A stretch of DNA of 24,000 bases from Bdellovibrio sp. (GTDB taxonomy: Bacteria; Bdellovibrionota; Bdellovibrionia; Bdellovibrionales; Bdellovibrionaceae): assembly GCA_036677065.1 (NCBI GenBank), contig JAKFBS010000001.1:616137-640136 (forward strand), in the 5' to 3' direction. The notes under the pieces were generated by a model. That model made no database searches. It was given only the letters and a program-made list of their open reading frames with translations, and was not told the origin of the DNA. The position numbers and the translations under genes were made by a program. Shown piece by piece: positions 1-9,152 of this stretch. The number at the start of each line of letters is the position of its first letter. Position 1 is the stretch's first letter.

Positions 1-690
1 ACAGAGCACGCTAAAGGCGCTGAAGTAAAAGATTTAAAAGAATTCTGGCATGTCGGTCGCGAAGTTCCAGACGATCACCAGTTTTCTAAATACTATCCAA
101 AAAATATTTGGCCAGATGATAATCTTGCCGAATTTCGCCCGGTGTTCGAGAAATTGTTCGCGCAATTAGAAACTGCCGGCATCCAAATGATGGAAGCTTT
201 AACTTATCCGTTAGAAGTTGAAAAAACTTATTTTAAAAATATGGTTCAAGAAGGTAATTCGATTTTACGTTTACTTCATTACCCACCGATTCCTGAAGGC
301 ACTGATCCTCGTTGCATCCGCGCTGCGGCTCACGAAGATATTAACTTTATCACGATCTTACCTGCGGCTACGCAATCGGGCCTGCAATTAAAAGATCGCG
401 ATGGCACATGGTTAGACATCGAATCTGATTTTGGCACATTGATCGTTGATGCTGGTGACATGTTAGCGCGTATCACGAATGAAGTGATTCCATCGACTAC
501 TCACCGTGTGATTAACCCGCAAGATGGTACGAATAAATCTCGTTATTCAATGCCATTCTTCATGCATCCACACCCAGAAAGCTTATTAAGCTGTCTGCCT
601 TCATGTCGCGGTGCTGGGGCTAAATACCCGGATATCACGGGTCACGAGTTCTTAATGCAAAGACTTCGCGAAATCGGCTTAATCAAATAG
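1..690 (+). CDS. 2-oxoglutarate/Fe(II)-dependent oxygenase, isopenicillin N synthase-like (5' end outside window)
   Basis: The frame is open from base 1 (TEHAKGAEVKDLKEFWHVGREVPDD...) into the listed ORF at 142. HEDINFITILPA...GLQLKDRDGTWLDI...LIVDAGDMLARITNEVIPSTTHRV contains the HxD...H and RxS-family layout typical of IPNS-like oxygenases. Confidence 0.88.
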   Translation, partial: TEHAKGAEVKDLKEFWHVGREVPDDHQFSKYYPKNIWPDDNLAEFRPVFEKLFAQLETAGIQMMEALTYPLEVEKTYFKNMVQEGNSILRLLHYPPIPEGTDPRCIRAAAHEDINFITILPAATQSGLQLKDRDGTWLDIESDFGTLIVDAGDMLARITNEVIPSTTHRVINPQDGTNKSRYSMPFFMHPHPESLLSCLPSCRGAGAKYPDITGHEFLMQRLREIGLIK

Positions 691-719
691 TTTTAAATCG
701 TTACCCAAGCAAAAAAATA

Positions 720-751
720 ACGCAGGGTCTAGTAAGACCACTGCGTTTTTT
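720..751 (+). terminator. Rho-independent terminator after the oxygenase gene
   Basis: ACGCAG-GGTCT-AGTA-AGACC-A-CTGCGT followed by a T run. Confidence 0.85.
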
Positions 752-784
752 GCTTTTGGCCTCTAGTAATGGTTTCATTAAGAC

Positions 785-1444
785 ATGAAAACATTTCTTT
801 TAATTTTATTGTCGTTAGTTTGCGTTGCCCAAAACTCTTTGGCCGCCGAGCCAGCATACTGTAATCCAGAAACTTTTTTTGAAAAAGAAATTGAAACACA
901 AGCTGGGATTTGGCGTCATCACACCTTTAGATTTGGCGATGTGATTTTATTAGGTGGAGCGATCGGCTACAGTAATCCATTAAAGATCACAGGCTTTGCC
1001 GAAGAAAATTCGACAGCAACATCAGCAGAAAAGTACTGCACTTGGTATTACAACGACGGCAATGATTTTGCCTCTACTTTGTTTAACCATCATTACGTGA
1101 CCAATCCGCAAAAAGTGACAGAAATTACTGGTCCGCAAGAGTATCGTGAAGTTTTAAAAGATCAGTTTGCAAAAGCTAACTTGAGTTTTTTATCATGTTT
1201 AGAAAATCATAAATACCTGGCGATGGGCTGTAATGGTCAAATGCACCGTGGGCCTACAGTCTTTGGAATGTTGTTAAGCTTTTCGGGCTGTAGTTCGAAA
1301 AATTCTTTAGCGATCGTAAATAAGTTGTGGGGTAAGAACGGCGTTAAACCAGAAGTTCGCCAGGCGATTATCGAAGAAGGTTATAAGCTAGGAAACGATG
1401 ATCCGCAGGCTCGTTTAAGAATGCAAAAGGTTCTGGGTTATTAG
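785..1444 (+). CDS. Secreted Cys-containing protein of unknown function, copy 1 of a tandem pair
   Basis: Signal peptide MKTFLLILLSLVCVAQNSLAA; 219 aa; aligns without gaps to the next ORF. Confidence 0.8.
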   Translation: MKTFLLILLSLVCVAQNSLAAEPAYCNPETFFEKEIETQAGIWRHHTFRFGDVILLGGAIGYSNPLKITGFAEENSTATSAEKYCTWYYNDGNDFASTLFNHHYVTNPQKVTEITGPQEYREVLKDQFAKANLSFLSCLENHKYLAMGCNGQMHRGPTVFGMLLSFSGCSSKNSLAIVNKLWGKNGVKPEVRQAIIEEGYKLGNDDPQARLRMQKVLGY

Positions 1445-1449
1445 TTCAA

Positions 1450-1467
1450 AGGCTAGTTTTCTAGCCT
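1450..1467 (+). repeat. Inverted repeat between the tandem paralogs
   Basis: AGGCTAG-TTTT-CTAGCCT, a 7-bp perfect stem with no T tract. Confidence 0.6.
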
Positions 1468-1540
1468 AAGGTCTGCTGAATTTACGCGACTTTCATACCG
1501 ATAGGATAGGGATTCAATAACCCTAACCATTGGATGTATA

Positions 1541-2200
1541 ATGAAAGCATTTCTATTAATTTTATTATCTGTAGTTACTTTAGCCCAGGTCGTTGCTGCT
1601 TCAGAGCCGGCTTATTGCGAACCTGAAAACTTTTTTAAGAAAGAATTTGATCCACACGAAAATATTTGGCGCGATCATGCGTTTAAGTTCGGTGATGTTG
1701 TTTTATTAGGTGGAGCGATCGGCTACAGTAACTCGCGCAAAGTGGCTGAATTTGCAGAAGAAAATTCAACAGCTTCGGCAGCCGAAAAATACTGTACTTG
1801 GTACTACAACGAAGGCAACGACAATGCGGCGGGGTTATTTAACCATCATTTCGTTTCGAATCCTAAAAAAGTCACGACGGTCACAGGCCCTAAAGAGTAT
1901 CGCGCAGTTTTAAAAGATCAGTTTGCAAAATCAAAGAACAGTTTTTTATCGTGTTTAGAAAAGCATAAAATTTTAGTGATGGGCTGTAATGGCCAAATGC
2001 ACCGCGGACCAACCGTGTTCGGAATGTTATTGGGCTTTTCGGGTTGTAGCTCGAAAAATGCATTAACGATCGTAAATAAGCTTTGGGGTAAAAATGGTGT
2101 TAAACCAGAAGTGCGCCAGGCAATTATCGAAGAAGGTTACAAGTTAGGAAGCGAAGACCCAGAGGCCCGCCTAAGAATGCAAAAAGCCTTAGGTTACTAA
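1541..2200 (+). CDS. Secreted Cys-containing protein of unknown function, copy 2 of a tandem pair
   Basis: Signal peptide MKAFLLILLSVVTLAQVVAAS; same length as copy 1; roughly three quarters identical by manual alignment. Confidence 0.8.
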   Translation: MKAFLLILLSVVTLAQVVAASEPAYCEPENFFKKEFDPHENIWRDHAFKFGDVVLLGGAIGYSNSRKVAEFAEENSTASAAEKYCTWYYNEGNDNAAGLFNHHFVSNPKKVTTVTGPKEYRAVLKDQFAKSKNSFLSCLEKHKILVMGCNGQMHRGPTVFGMLLGFSGCSSKNALTIVNKLWGKNGVKPEVRQAIIEEGYKLGSEDPEARLRMQKALGY

Positions 2201-2253
2201 GAGCAGGTAGTCTAAGGTTGTCGGTAAAGTAAAAAAAGAGTAATCTTACTTAC

Positions 2254-3030
2254 ATGAGAAAAGATTTGTTATTAGGAATTGGAGCCACGTTATTTGCGAT
2301 GGCTCTTTTTTATTTCGCGGATAATCCAACTGCAAAATTAAATATCGGAAAAAATAAAATTGATTCTGATGGCGACTACGGCGTGCCAGCCAATAAAAAA
2401 ATATTAAATGACGAAGTGGCTGAAGCTCAGGCAGCTATATCTGCACGCTCGGCGGTTTCAGCACCTTCAGAAGCTCTGAAGGCGGGAACGGCTCGTGATA
2501 CCATTTCAAAAAATTTCGTAGAGCACTTAAAAACCATCGGCACCTGTTTGAAAATCAATCCTGCGATTGATAACCCAACAATCGAACCTACGTATGATAA
2601 CTTGTTAATTAGCCTTCGTCCGGCCATTGGTGAGCTTGTGGTGCAAATGGATGACTGGACGCAGATGGATCTGCAAAGTCCCGATGGCAGCCGTAAGCGC
2701 ATCCGTACAGAGGTAAATTACGAAAACCCGAATGCTCCGGTTAAGTACGTGCAGCTTTATCATATCAACGATCAGGGTTTTCCTGAAATGCAGCAAGTTG
2801 ACGCTGAAAAAGCGCGTAATCCATCAGATGATTATATTAATTATTTACGTGGTGGTGCTGATTTAATGTTAAATGAACGCGGAAGCCGCGTGTATTTTCA
2901 AGAGGGCGAAGAGATCGTTCTTGTTGAAAGATCTGGTGTGATTGAATCTTTTTCATTAAGCAAAAACGGAAAAACAGTCAGTTGCACTGGCTTAGATGCC
3001 ATCAATTCGAACTGTCAGTGTGTTCAATAG
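2254..3030 (+). CDS. Membrane-anchored or exported protein of unknown function
   Basis: 258-aa ORF with N-terminal hydrophobic segment LLLGIGATLFAMALFYFA; opposite-strand ORFs look like shadows. Confidence 0.7.
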   Translation: MRKDLLLGIGATLFAMALFYFADNPTAKLNIGKNKIDSDGDYGVPANKKILNDEVAEAQAAISARSAVSAPSEALKAGTARDTISKNFVEHLKTIGTCLKINPAIDNPTIEPTYDNLLISLRPAIGELVVQMDDWTQMDLQSPDGSRKRIRTEVNYENPNAPVKYVQLYHINDQGFPEMQQVDAEKARNPSDDYINYLRGGADLMLNERGSRVYFQEGEEIVLVERSGVIESFSLSKNGKTVSCTGLDAINSNCQCVQ

Positions 3031-3075
3031 CGTGTCTTCGACACGACAATAACGTGATCGCTTTAAGCGATCACG
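3031..3075. repeat. Two adjacent hairpins (CGTGTC-TTC-GACACG and CGTGATCGCT-TTA-AGCGATCACG)
   Basis: Perfect stems at 3031-3045 and 3053-3075, directly after the stop of the + strand ORF and overlapping the stop of the - strand micro-ORF. Confidence 0.75.
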
Positions 3076-3134
3076 ATGTGAGTTACGATAAGAGCAGCAA
3101 GTACAACCATTAATGACATATTTAAGTTATTCAT
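3063..3134 (-). CDS. Putative 23-aa hydrophobic membrane micropeptide
   Basis: MNNLNMSLMVVLAALIVTHIVIA; AAGGGGAA Shine-Dalgarno-like sequence about 9 nt upstream of ATG. This start is internal to the listed 62-aa ORF. Confidence 0.45.
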   Translation of the reverse strand: MNNLNMSLMVVLAALIVTHIVIA

Positions 3135-3355
3135 AGGATTATTCCCCTTTCTTGGATCTATACATAGAACTATTTTTACTACATTTCCACTGTCATAATC
3201 CTGACAGGCATTAACTTCATGAAGTGACAAATATCGAAAATTAGATGTCATCTGATTAGACGATTGGGTTTCTATGCCCGTTAAAATTAAGCTTATTGTG
3301 GCCAGTAAAGTGCTTTAAAACCTTCGGAACCCTAAAAGGGCTGAAGGACGTATTT

Positions 3356-4909
3356 GTGAAAAAGCTTGGAATCTATCTGTTTTTAGCGATTTTATTGCAG
3401 AGTTTTACTGCCTCAGCAGATCTTTGGACTGTGACCCAACAGTGGTCGCCAGAGCTTGAAACCCAGTATCAAGAGTGGGTAAAAACCAATGCTAAAGTCG
3501 ACATGTTTTCGCGTGAATTTTTAGATGCAAAAAAAACTGTTTTAAATCCTTATTACGGCATGACTACTGACTGTGCTGATACGGTTTACGCTTTACGTGT
3601 TATTTTCTCTTTCGAAAATGGTCTTCCATGGGCTATTAGAAATCCCGCAAGCCCTAAAAAGGTGATTGCGCAAACGATGAAGCGTTTTGATAGTTATCCA
3701 GAAGGCGTTCCGCGCTTGCGAGCTTTTTTCAATATGCTATTTGATATCGTAAGTACAACTAGCTTACAGCACGACACTTATCCTGTTTCGATTAATAAAA
3801 TTCATCCAGGCGTGATTATTTTAACTGCGAAAATCAACCATCACTCGTGGACGATTGCAGGTATCGACGCTAAAGGAAATCCTCGTTTAGTGTATAACTC
3901 GGTTGTTGGTAAAGCTTCAGGTTCTAAATTACAACAGCGTTCAAGCTGGCCAAATCCGTTCTGGGTATTTCAGCCAGATGAAAAGCTAACAGATCCAAAT
4001 GATCCATTGTCTGCAAAATTTAAAGTTCCGGTTTATGTACTTGATAGCTATGCAGGATTTCGTTACTGGATTCCGATTGATAAATTAACAACTGATATAC
4101 GCTTGCTTCCTGAATACAGCAACGATCAGTATGAGCTGGATTTAAAATCGTGGAAACAAACTATTCAATCTAAATTAGCGACTAAAAAAGAATCTCTGCA
4201 AGAAGTGGTCGAGCGCCTGTTAAAAGATGCTTGTGATGATGTTAAGCAACGTATTACAGCAGTTGATGAAGCGGATCACTACAGAAAATTATTAAAACAA
4301 GCTCAAGAAAAAGAAGCAGCTTTGATTATGGCAAAAGCCAGCATGTTGCCGATCGAAGAAAAAGATCAAGACTTGTTAGATATTTTAAAAGAATACAATG
4401 CTGATAAAAATGCTCTGGCTAATCCGCAGTGTTTAACGGCGAAACAATACGACCAACTTTCAACACCAAGCCGTGATAAACGTTTATTTGATGCCGTGAT
4501 GTTAGCGCGCGCTTACTTTGTGCACGCGATGGAAGTCGGCGGAACTAAAGCATTCAGTGCGATTCGTTTAAAGCAGTTTAAAAGAATTTTTGCTCGTCCG
4601 GATAAACCTGCACGCGTTGAATCTGATTTAGCAACGGCTCCGATTACAGCCGGCGAGCTTTCAATTTGTCGTGTGAAAATCGGTAAAGAAACTTTAGATA
4701 TGGCTGAAATTAAACGCCGCTTATTTAAAAGCTACCTGTCTTCGAATCCGAATGAAGATCTACTTGGTCGCTGGGGCGCCCGCGCAGCTAAGCCATCTGA
4801 ACTAGCGGCAAGCTGTTCGACTTACGGCGAAGTTTATAGCGCGTATGATTTAGATCAAGCCGAAGTTGAAGCACAGAATGAAATTCAAACTTTTAAAGGT
4901 ATGAACTAA
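3356..4909 (+). CDS. Exported protein of unknown function, possible papain/transglutaminase-like Cys-His enzyme
   Basis: GTG start preceded by AAGGA at 7-nt spacing; signal peptide VKKLGIYLFLAILLQSFTASA; TTDCADTVYALR and NHHSWTIAGID motifs. Confidence 0.65.
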   Translation: MKKLGIYLFLAILLQSFTASADLWTVTQQWSPELETQYQEWVKTNAKVDMFSREFLDAKKTVLNPYYGMTTDCADTVYALRVIFSFENGLPWAIRNPASPKKVIAQTMKRFDSYPEGVPRLRAFFNMLFDIVSTTSLQHDTYPVSINKIHPGVIILTAKINHHSWTIAGIDAKGNPRLVYNSVVGKASGSKLQQRSSWPNPFWVFQPDEKLTDPNDPLSAKFKVPVYVLDSYAGFRYWIPIDKLTTDIRLLPEYSNDQYELDLKSWKQTIQSKLATKKESLQEVVERLLKDACDDVKQRITAVDEADHYRKLLKQAQEKEAALIMAKASMLPIEEKDQDLLDILKEYNADKNALANPQCLTAKQYDQLSTPSRDKRLFDAVMLARAYFVHAMEVGGTKAFSAIRLKQFKRIFARPDKPARVESDLATAPITAGELSICRVKIGKETLDMAEIKRRLFKSYLSSNPNEDLLGRWGARAAKPSELAASCSTYGEVYSAYDLDQAEVEAQNEIQTFKGMN

Positions 4910-4969
4910 AGTCCAGATTACACAGTAGTCCTCTGGGGAAAAGCTCATGACTTCGATAAACTAGAGGTC

Positions 4970-6073
4970 ATGAAGTATTTATTATTTTACACGATGGTTT
5001 TGCTTTCGACTGCGGTCAAAGCTGAGATTGTCGAATTCAAATTACAAACTGAAAATCAAGCCTGCAAAGGGCTTTCACAAGTTGTTATTACTCAGGATAA
5101 AGTGGTGTTGTATCAACTTGAAGTTCCGATGTATGGAACGGGCCAAATTCACTTACTAACTGGCAACTACCAAATCGATGTGATCAATAAAGAAGGTTGC
5201 ACTTATCAGAACCTTATTCAAATTTCTGATCTGCCAAATAAATTGATCGAAGTAAAATTAGAAATGCAACCGCGCAAGCCCGCAATGACTTTAGAAGCTT
5301 CTGGCGGCATGACTCAGGGTTTTAATCCGATGAGCTATAATTTATGGCCGTCACCCTGGTGGGGTGGCTGGGGTTATAACCAATTTAACACGCAATTTTA
5401 TTCTCCCTGTGGTTGGAGCATGTATGGCTGCAGTGGTAATTCTTATCCGCACAACGGCAATATCGCTATGGGAAAACCGAATATTTATTTCGCCGGCAAA
5501 GATGAAGGAAAATTTAAATTAAAATTTACAGACGATAATTTTAATTTTTTAGCAACAGTTCCAAGTTTTAAAGGCAAAGAAATTGGCGGCGAACTTCGTA
5601 AAGGCAGTATTTATAACGAGAACACGTGGTATCCGTATTTATTTTACGATGCCCGTATCAACGATGACCACTTACAAAACAACCAAGGCTTTTGCGGAAC
5701 CCGTAAAGAGATCTTTCAATTTATGATGGAAGGTTTAAAAAAATACGAATTTCCAAATGAAGCCAGAACCGATTTTGCAGAATACTGGTCAGTTAAAATC
5801 CCTGAAGCCTTACGCTACTGCGTTTTTCCCCAAGCTAGTGCACAGTTAGATAAAGCAGCGCCGCTAGAAATTACTTTTGATGATAAATCACAAGTGCAAA
5901 CTGAAAGACTATTCTATTTAGTGATTCCGCAAGACTACAAAGGTAAACGTATTCCTGCTAAGTCGAATAAGTTTTCAGATAAACCAAAAAATACATGGAA
6001 GCACTATTCACGCACCGTGATTCCAAAAATGGCTTACATCTATGAATGGGGCGTGGGATTTATTTTCGAATAA
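4970..6073 (+). CDS. Exported protein of unknown function with a Trp/Gly/Tyr-rich segment
   Basis: Signal peptide MKYLLFYTMVLLSTAVKA; segment NLWPSPWWGGWGYNQFNTQFYSPCGWSMYGCSG. Confidence 0.7.
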   Translation: MKYLLFYTMVLLSTAVKAEIVEFKLQTENQACKGLSQVVITQDKVVLYQLEVPMYGTGQIHLLTGNYQIDVINKEGCTYQNLIQISDLPNKLIEVKLEMQPRKPAMTLEASGGMTQGFNPMSYNLWPSPWWGGWGYNQFNTQFYSPCGWSMYGCSGNSYPHNGNIAMGKPNIYFAGKDEGKFKLKFTDDNFNFLATVPSFKGKEIGGELRKGSIYNENTWYPYLFYDARINDDHLQNNQGFCGTRKEIFQFMMEGLKKYEFPNEARTDFAEYWSVKIPEALRYCVFPQASAQLDKAAPLEITFDDKSQVQTERLFYLVIPQDYKGKRIPAKSNKFSDKPKNTWKHYSRTVIPKMAYIYEWGVGFIFE

Positions 6074-6074
6074 A

Positions 6075-6099
6075 AAAAGGGGCTTTTAAGGCCCCTTTT
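6075..6099. terminator. Bidirectional terminator between converging genes
   Basis: AAAAGGGGC-TTTTAAG-GCCCCTTTT. Confidence 0.88.
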
Positions 6100-6103
6100 C
6101 ATT

Positions 6104-8803
6104 TTACTGAAAGCGAGTTAACGCTTCCTTAAGTGAAACGACTTGAACTTTTGATTGCGCCAACAATAATCTATCAGCCGCAATTACATCTTCATCAGCG
6201 TTTGCTACGAATTTTTCGTTAGATAATTTATTCGTAAGCAAGTTGATGTCTTTATCAAGTTTTTCGATTGTTTTTTGAATACGTTTTAGCTCTTCATCAA
6301 AATCGACCAAACCTTCTAAAGGAATAATCACTTTAACTTGTGTGTCTTTTACTGATACCGAAGTTACGGCACATTTCATTAAATCGCCATCTGCACCGAT
6401 ATCTAAAGTTTCTAAACGACCGATGGTCATTAACGCTGTACGGTTATCGCTTAACGTTTTTTGAACAGCATCATCAGTTACGCCTAGACGAACTTTAAGT
6501 TTAATAGCCGGGCTAATACGATTTTCACCGCGAATATTACGCATAGCTGTGATCACTTCTTTAACGATATCAATTTCATGCTCTGCTTTTTTACTGCCGA
6601 ATGCTAAGAATTCGCGATCATTTGCCGTGGTTGGGTAGTTATCGATAATACAAGCTTCAGCTTTTAGCGGAAGTTTGGCATAGATTTCTTCAGTGATAAA
6701 CGGGCAGAACGGGTGAAGTAATCTAACGATGCGATTTAAAACATGCGCCATCACTAATTGCGTCGCTTGTTTTTGTTCTGCATTTTGTCCAGATACGATG
6801 GGTTTAGAAAATTCAATGTACCAATCGCAGAACTGATTCCAGATAAATTGGTAAAGTTCTAATGCCGCTTCAGAGAACTTTTCGCCCTCTAAGGCTTCTT
6901 GCACTTTTTTCTCGGTATCGCCTAGTTTTGAAATAATCCATTGGTCAAATACGCTGATGTTCGCTTTAGCCGGCATAGCTTTAAGGCCTTCAGCTGGAAT
7001 CGGCATATCAGAAATATTTGATAAGACGAAGCGAGACGCATTCCAAACTTTATTCATAAAGTTACGGTAGCCCTCTAAACGTTGTTCAGAGAATTTAAAA
7101 TCTTTACCGCTAAACAGATGCGCTAAGAAACTAAAACGTAAAGCATCAGCTCCGTATTTATCGATCATCTCGATTGGATCGATTGAGTTACCTAAAGATT
7201 TAGACATCTTGCGGCCTTGGGCATCGCGAACAAGCCCGTGAACATAAACTGTTCTGAACGGAACATCTTTTTTAAACTCAACACCCATGACGATCATTCT
7301 GGCAACCCAGAAGAAAATAATATCGTGACCAGTAACTAAGTAATTTGTCGGGTAGAAAGTTTTTTGTGTTTCAACAGAGTGTTGATCTTCATTAGGCCAA
7401 CCCATTGTTGAAAAAGGCCAAAGAGCAGATGAAAACCAAGTGTCTAATACATCTTCTTCTTGAGAAATCTTAGTGCTGTTGCAGTGATCACAGTGTGCAG
7501 GCGTGGTTTCTGCTACCGTGTGTTTTTCGCAATCATGGCAGTGCCATGCGGGAATACGATGCCCCCACCATAATTGGCGCGAGATACACCAGTCTTCAAT
7601 GATATTCATCCAGTGAAGATAAACTTTTGTCCACGATTCTGGTTCAAAACGGATTGTGCCAGATTCAACCACACGTTTTGCAGGAACAGCTAGCTCTTCC
7701 ATTTTAAGAAACCATTGCTCAGACATAAATGGTTCAACGATAGCGTCTGTACGCGAACAGTGACCCACTGAATGCATGTGTGGTTCTTCTTTAACTAATA
7801 GGCCTTGTGCTTTTAAGTCTTCACAAACTTTTTTGCGAGCTTCTATAACTTTTAAACCTTGGTAAGGACCAGCGTTTTCGTTCAATAGAGTTTTTTTAGT
7901 AAGAATATTAATAAATTCTAATTTGTGAGTTTTACCGATTTTGTAATCGTTAAAATCATGGGCCGGAGTAATTTTCACAACACCTGAACCAAAAGCGAGA
8001 TCTACATAAGTGTCAGCGATGATTTTAATTTTACGATTGATCAACGGAACGGTTACAGTTTTTCCGATTAAATGTTGGTAACGAGTATCGTCCGGGTGAA
8101 CACATAATGCCGTATCACCTAACATCGTTTCAGGACGAGTCGTAGCTACAGTTAACATTTCATCAGTGCCATCAACAGGGTAGTTAATGTGGTAAAGAGT
8201 TCCTTTAACTTGTTTGTGTTCAACTTCAAGATCAGAAATTGCAGACTCTAACGGGCCTGACCAATTGACTAAACGTTGGCCTTTATAAATTAAATTCTTT
8301 TTGTATAAAGAAACAAAAGTTTTACGAACAGCTTTTGAAACGCCGTCATCTAAAGTAAATGTGGCGCGTTCCCAATCACATGAATCACCTAAACGACGCA
8401 TTTGATTGTAAATACGATCGCCGTATTCGTGTTTCCATTCCCAAACTTTTTCTACGAATTTTTCGCGGCCTAAATCATGACGGGTAACGCCGCCATTTTT
8501 CTTTAACTCTTTTTCAACTACTGTTTGTGTCGCAATCCCTGCGTGATCTGTTCCTGGTAACCACATGGCATTAAAGCCAGACATACGCTTCCAGCGGATT
8601 AATAAATCTTGAATCGTGTGATCAAGTGCGTGGCCTAAATGTAAAAAGCCAGTGACATTTGGAGGAGGTAAAATAATAGAAAACGGAGGTTTTGTTGATT
8701 GATCTTGGGCTTTGAAATAGCCTTTGTCTTCCCACTGTTTGTAAACAGTAGCTTCAACGTCTTGTGGATTATAACGATCGGCGAGCGTAGTAGGATTTGT
8801 CAT
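6104..8803 (-). CDS. valS: Valyl-tRNA synthetase
   Basis: 899 aa; PPPNVTGFLHLGHALDHTIQD (HIGH-type), MSKSLGN (KMSKS-type), MWLPGTDHAGIATQ, and a C-terminal coiled coil. Confidence 0.98.
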   Translation of the reverse strand: MTNPTTLADRYNPQDVEATVYKQWEDKGYFKAQDQSTKPPFSIILPPPNVTGFLHLGHALDHTIQDLLIRWKRMSGFNAMWLPGTDHAGIATQTVVEKELKKNGGVTRHDLGREKFVEKVWEWKHEYGDRIYNQMRRLGDSCDWERATFTLDDGVSKAVRKTFVSLYKKNLIYKGQRLVNWSGPLESAISDLEVEHKQVKGTLYHINYPVDGTDEMLTVATTRPETMLGDTALCVHPDDTRYQHLIGKTVTVPLINRKIKIIADTYVDLAFGSGVVKITPAHDFNDYKIGKTHKLEFINILTKKTLLNENAGPYQGLKVIEARKKVCEDLKAQGLLVKEEPHMHSVGHCSRTDAIVEPFMSEQWFLKMEELAVPAKRVVESGTIRFEPESWTKVYLHWMNIIEDWCISRQLWWGHRIPAWHCHDCEKHTVAETTPAHCDHCNSTKISQEEDVLDTWFSSALWPFSTMGWPNEDQHSVETQKTFYPTNYLVTGHDIIFFWVARMIVMGVEFKKDVPFRTVYVHGLVRDAQGRKMSKSLGNSIDPIEMIDKYGADALRFSFLAHLFSGKDFKFSEQRLEGYRNFMNKVWNASRFVLSNISDMPIPAEGLKAMPAKANISVFDQWIISKLGDTEKKVQEALEGEKFSEAALELYQFIWNQFCDWYIEFSKPIVSGQNAEQKQATQLVMAHVLNRIVRLLHPFCPFITEEIYAKLPLKAEACIIDNYPTTANDREFLAFGSKKAEHEIDIVKEVITAMRNIRGENRISPAIKLKVRLGVTDDAVQKTLSDNRTALMTIGRLETLDIGADGDLMKCAVTSVSVKDTQVKVIIPLEGLVDFDEELKRIQKTIEKLDKDINLLTNKLSNEKFVANADEDVIAADRLLLAQSKVQVVSLKEALTRFQ

Positions 8804-8822
8804 AGCTATCTAAGATAGCAAT

Positions 8823-9152
8823 TTAGCCTCGGTCAGTCACCATTTGCTGATAACCGCCATCAATTAGATAGACGTTTGTATAACCTTTTTTTTCTAAACT
8901 ATTAGCGATGCGCTCAGATTGCTTGCCATCAGGGCATAATAACAAAAGAGCAAAGTCTTTCGGGATCTTACGCTCATCTAATTCTTGCTGGAGCTGGCTT
9001 TCGGTGGTCATGATCTGCCAAGCTTCGACATGCATTTTTTGAATCGAAGAATACCAAGGGGCAATATCAGTTCCAAAATTAAAGAACATAAAGGGAACGC
9101 GGTTTTCGATCAGATTATTTAATTGGTAATAGCCGATTTTATTAAAACTCAT
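8823..9152 (-). CDS. Rhodanese-like domain protein
   Basis: LLLLCPDGKQSERIANSLEKKGYTNVYLIDGGYQQM resembles the rhodanese active-site loop and C-terminal GG motif. Confidence 0.75.
   Translation of the reverse strand: MSFNKIGYYQLNNLIENRVPFMFFNFGTDIAPWYSSIQKMHVEAWQIMTTESQLQQELDERKIPKDFALLLLCPDGKQSERIANSLEKKGYTNVYLIDGGYQQMVTDRG

Noticed and set aside
1710-1913. 67-aa overlapping + strand ORF in tandem paralog 2
   Set aside because: Out-of-frame, wholly inside a well-supported ORF with signal peptide and paralog support.
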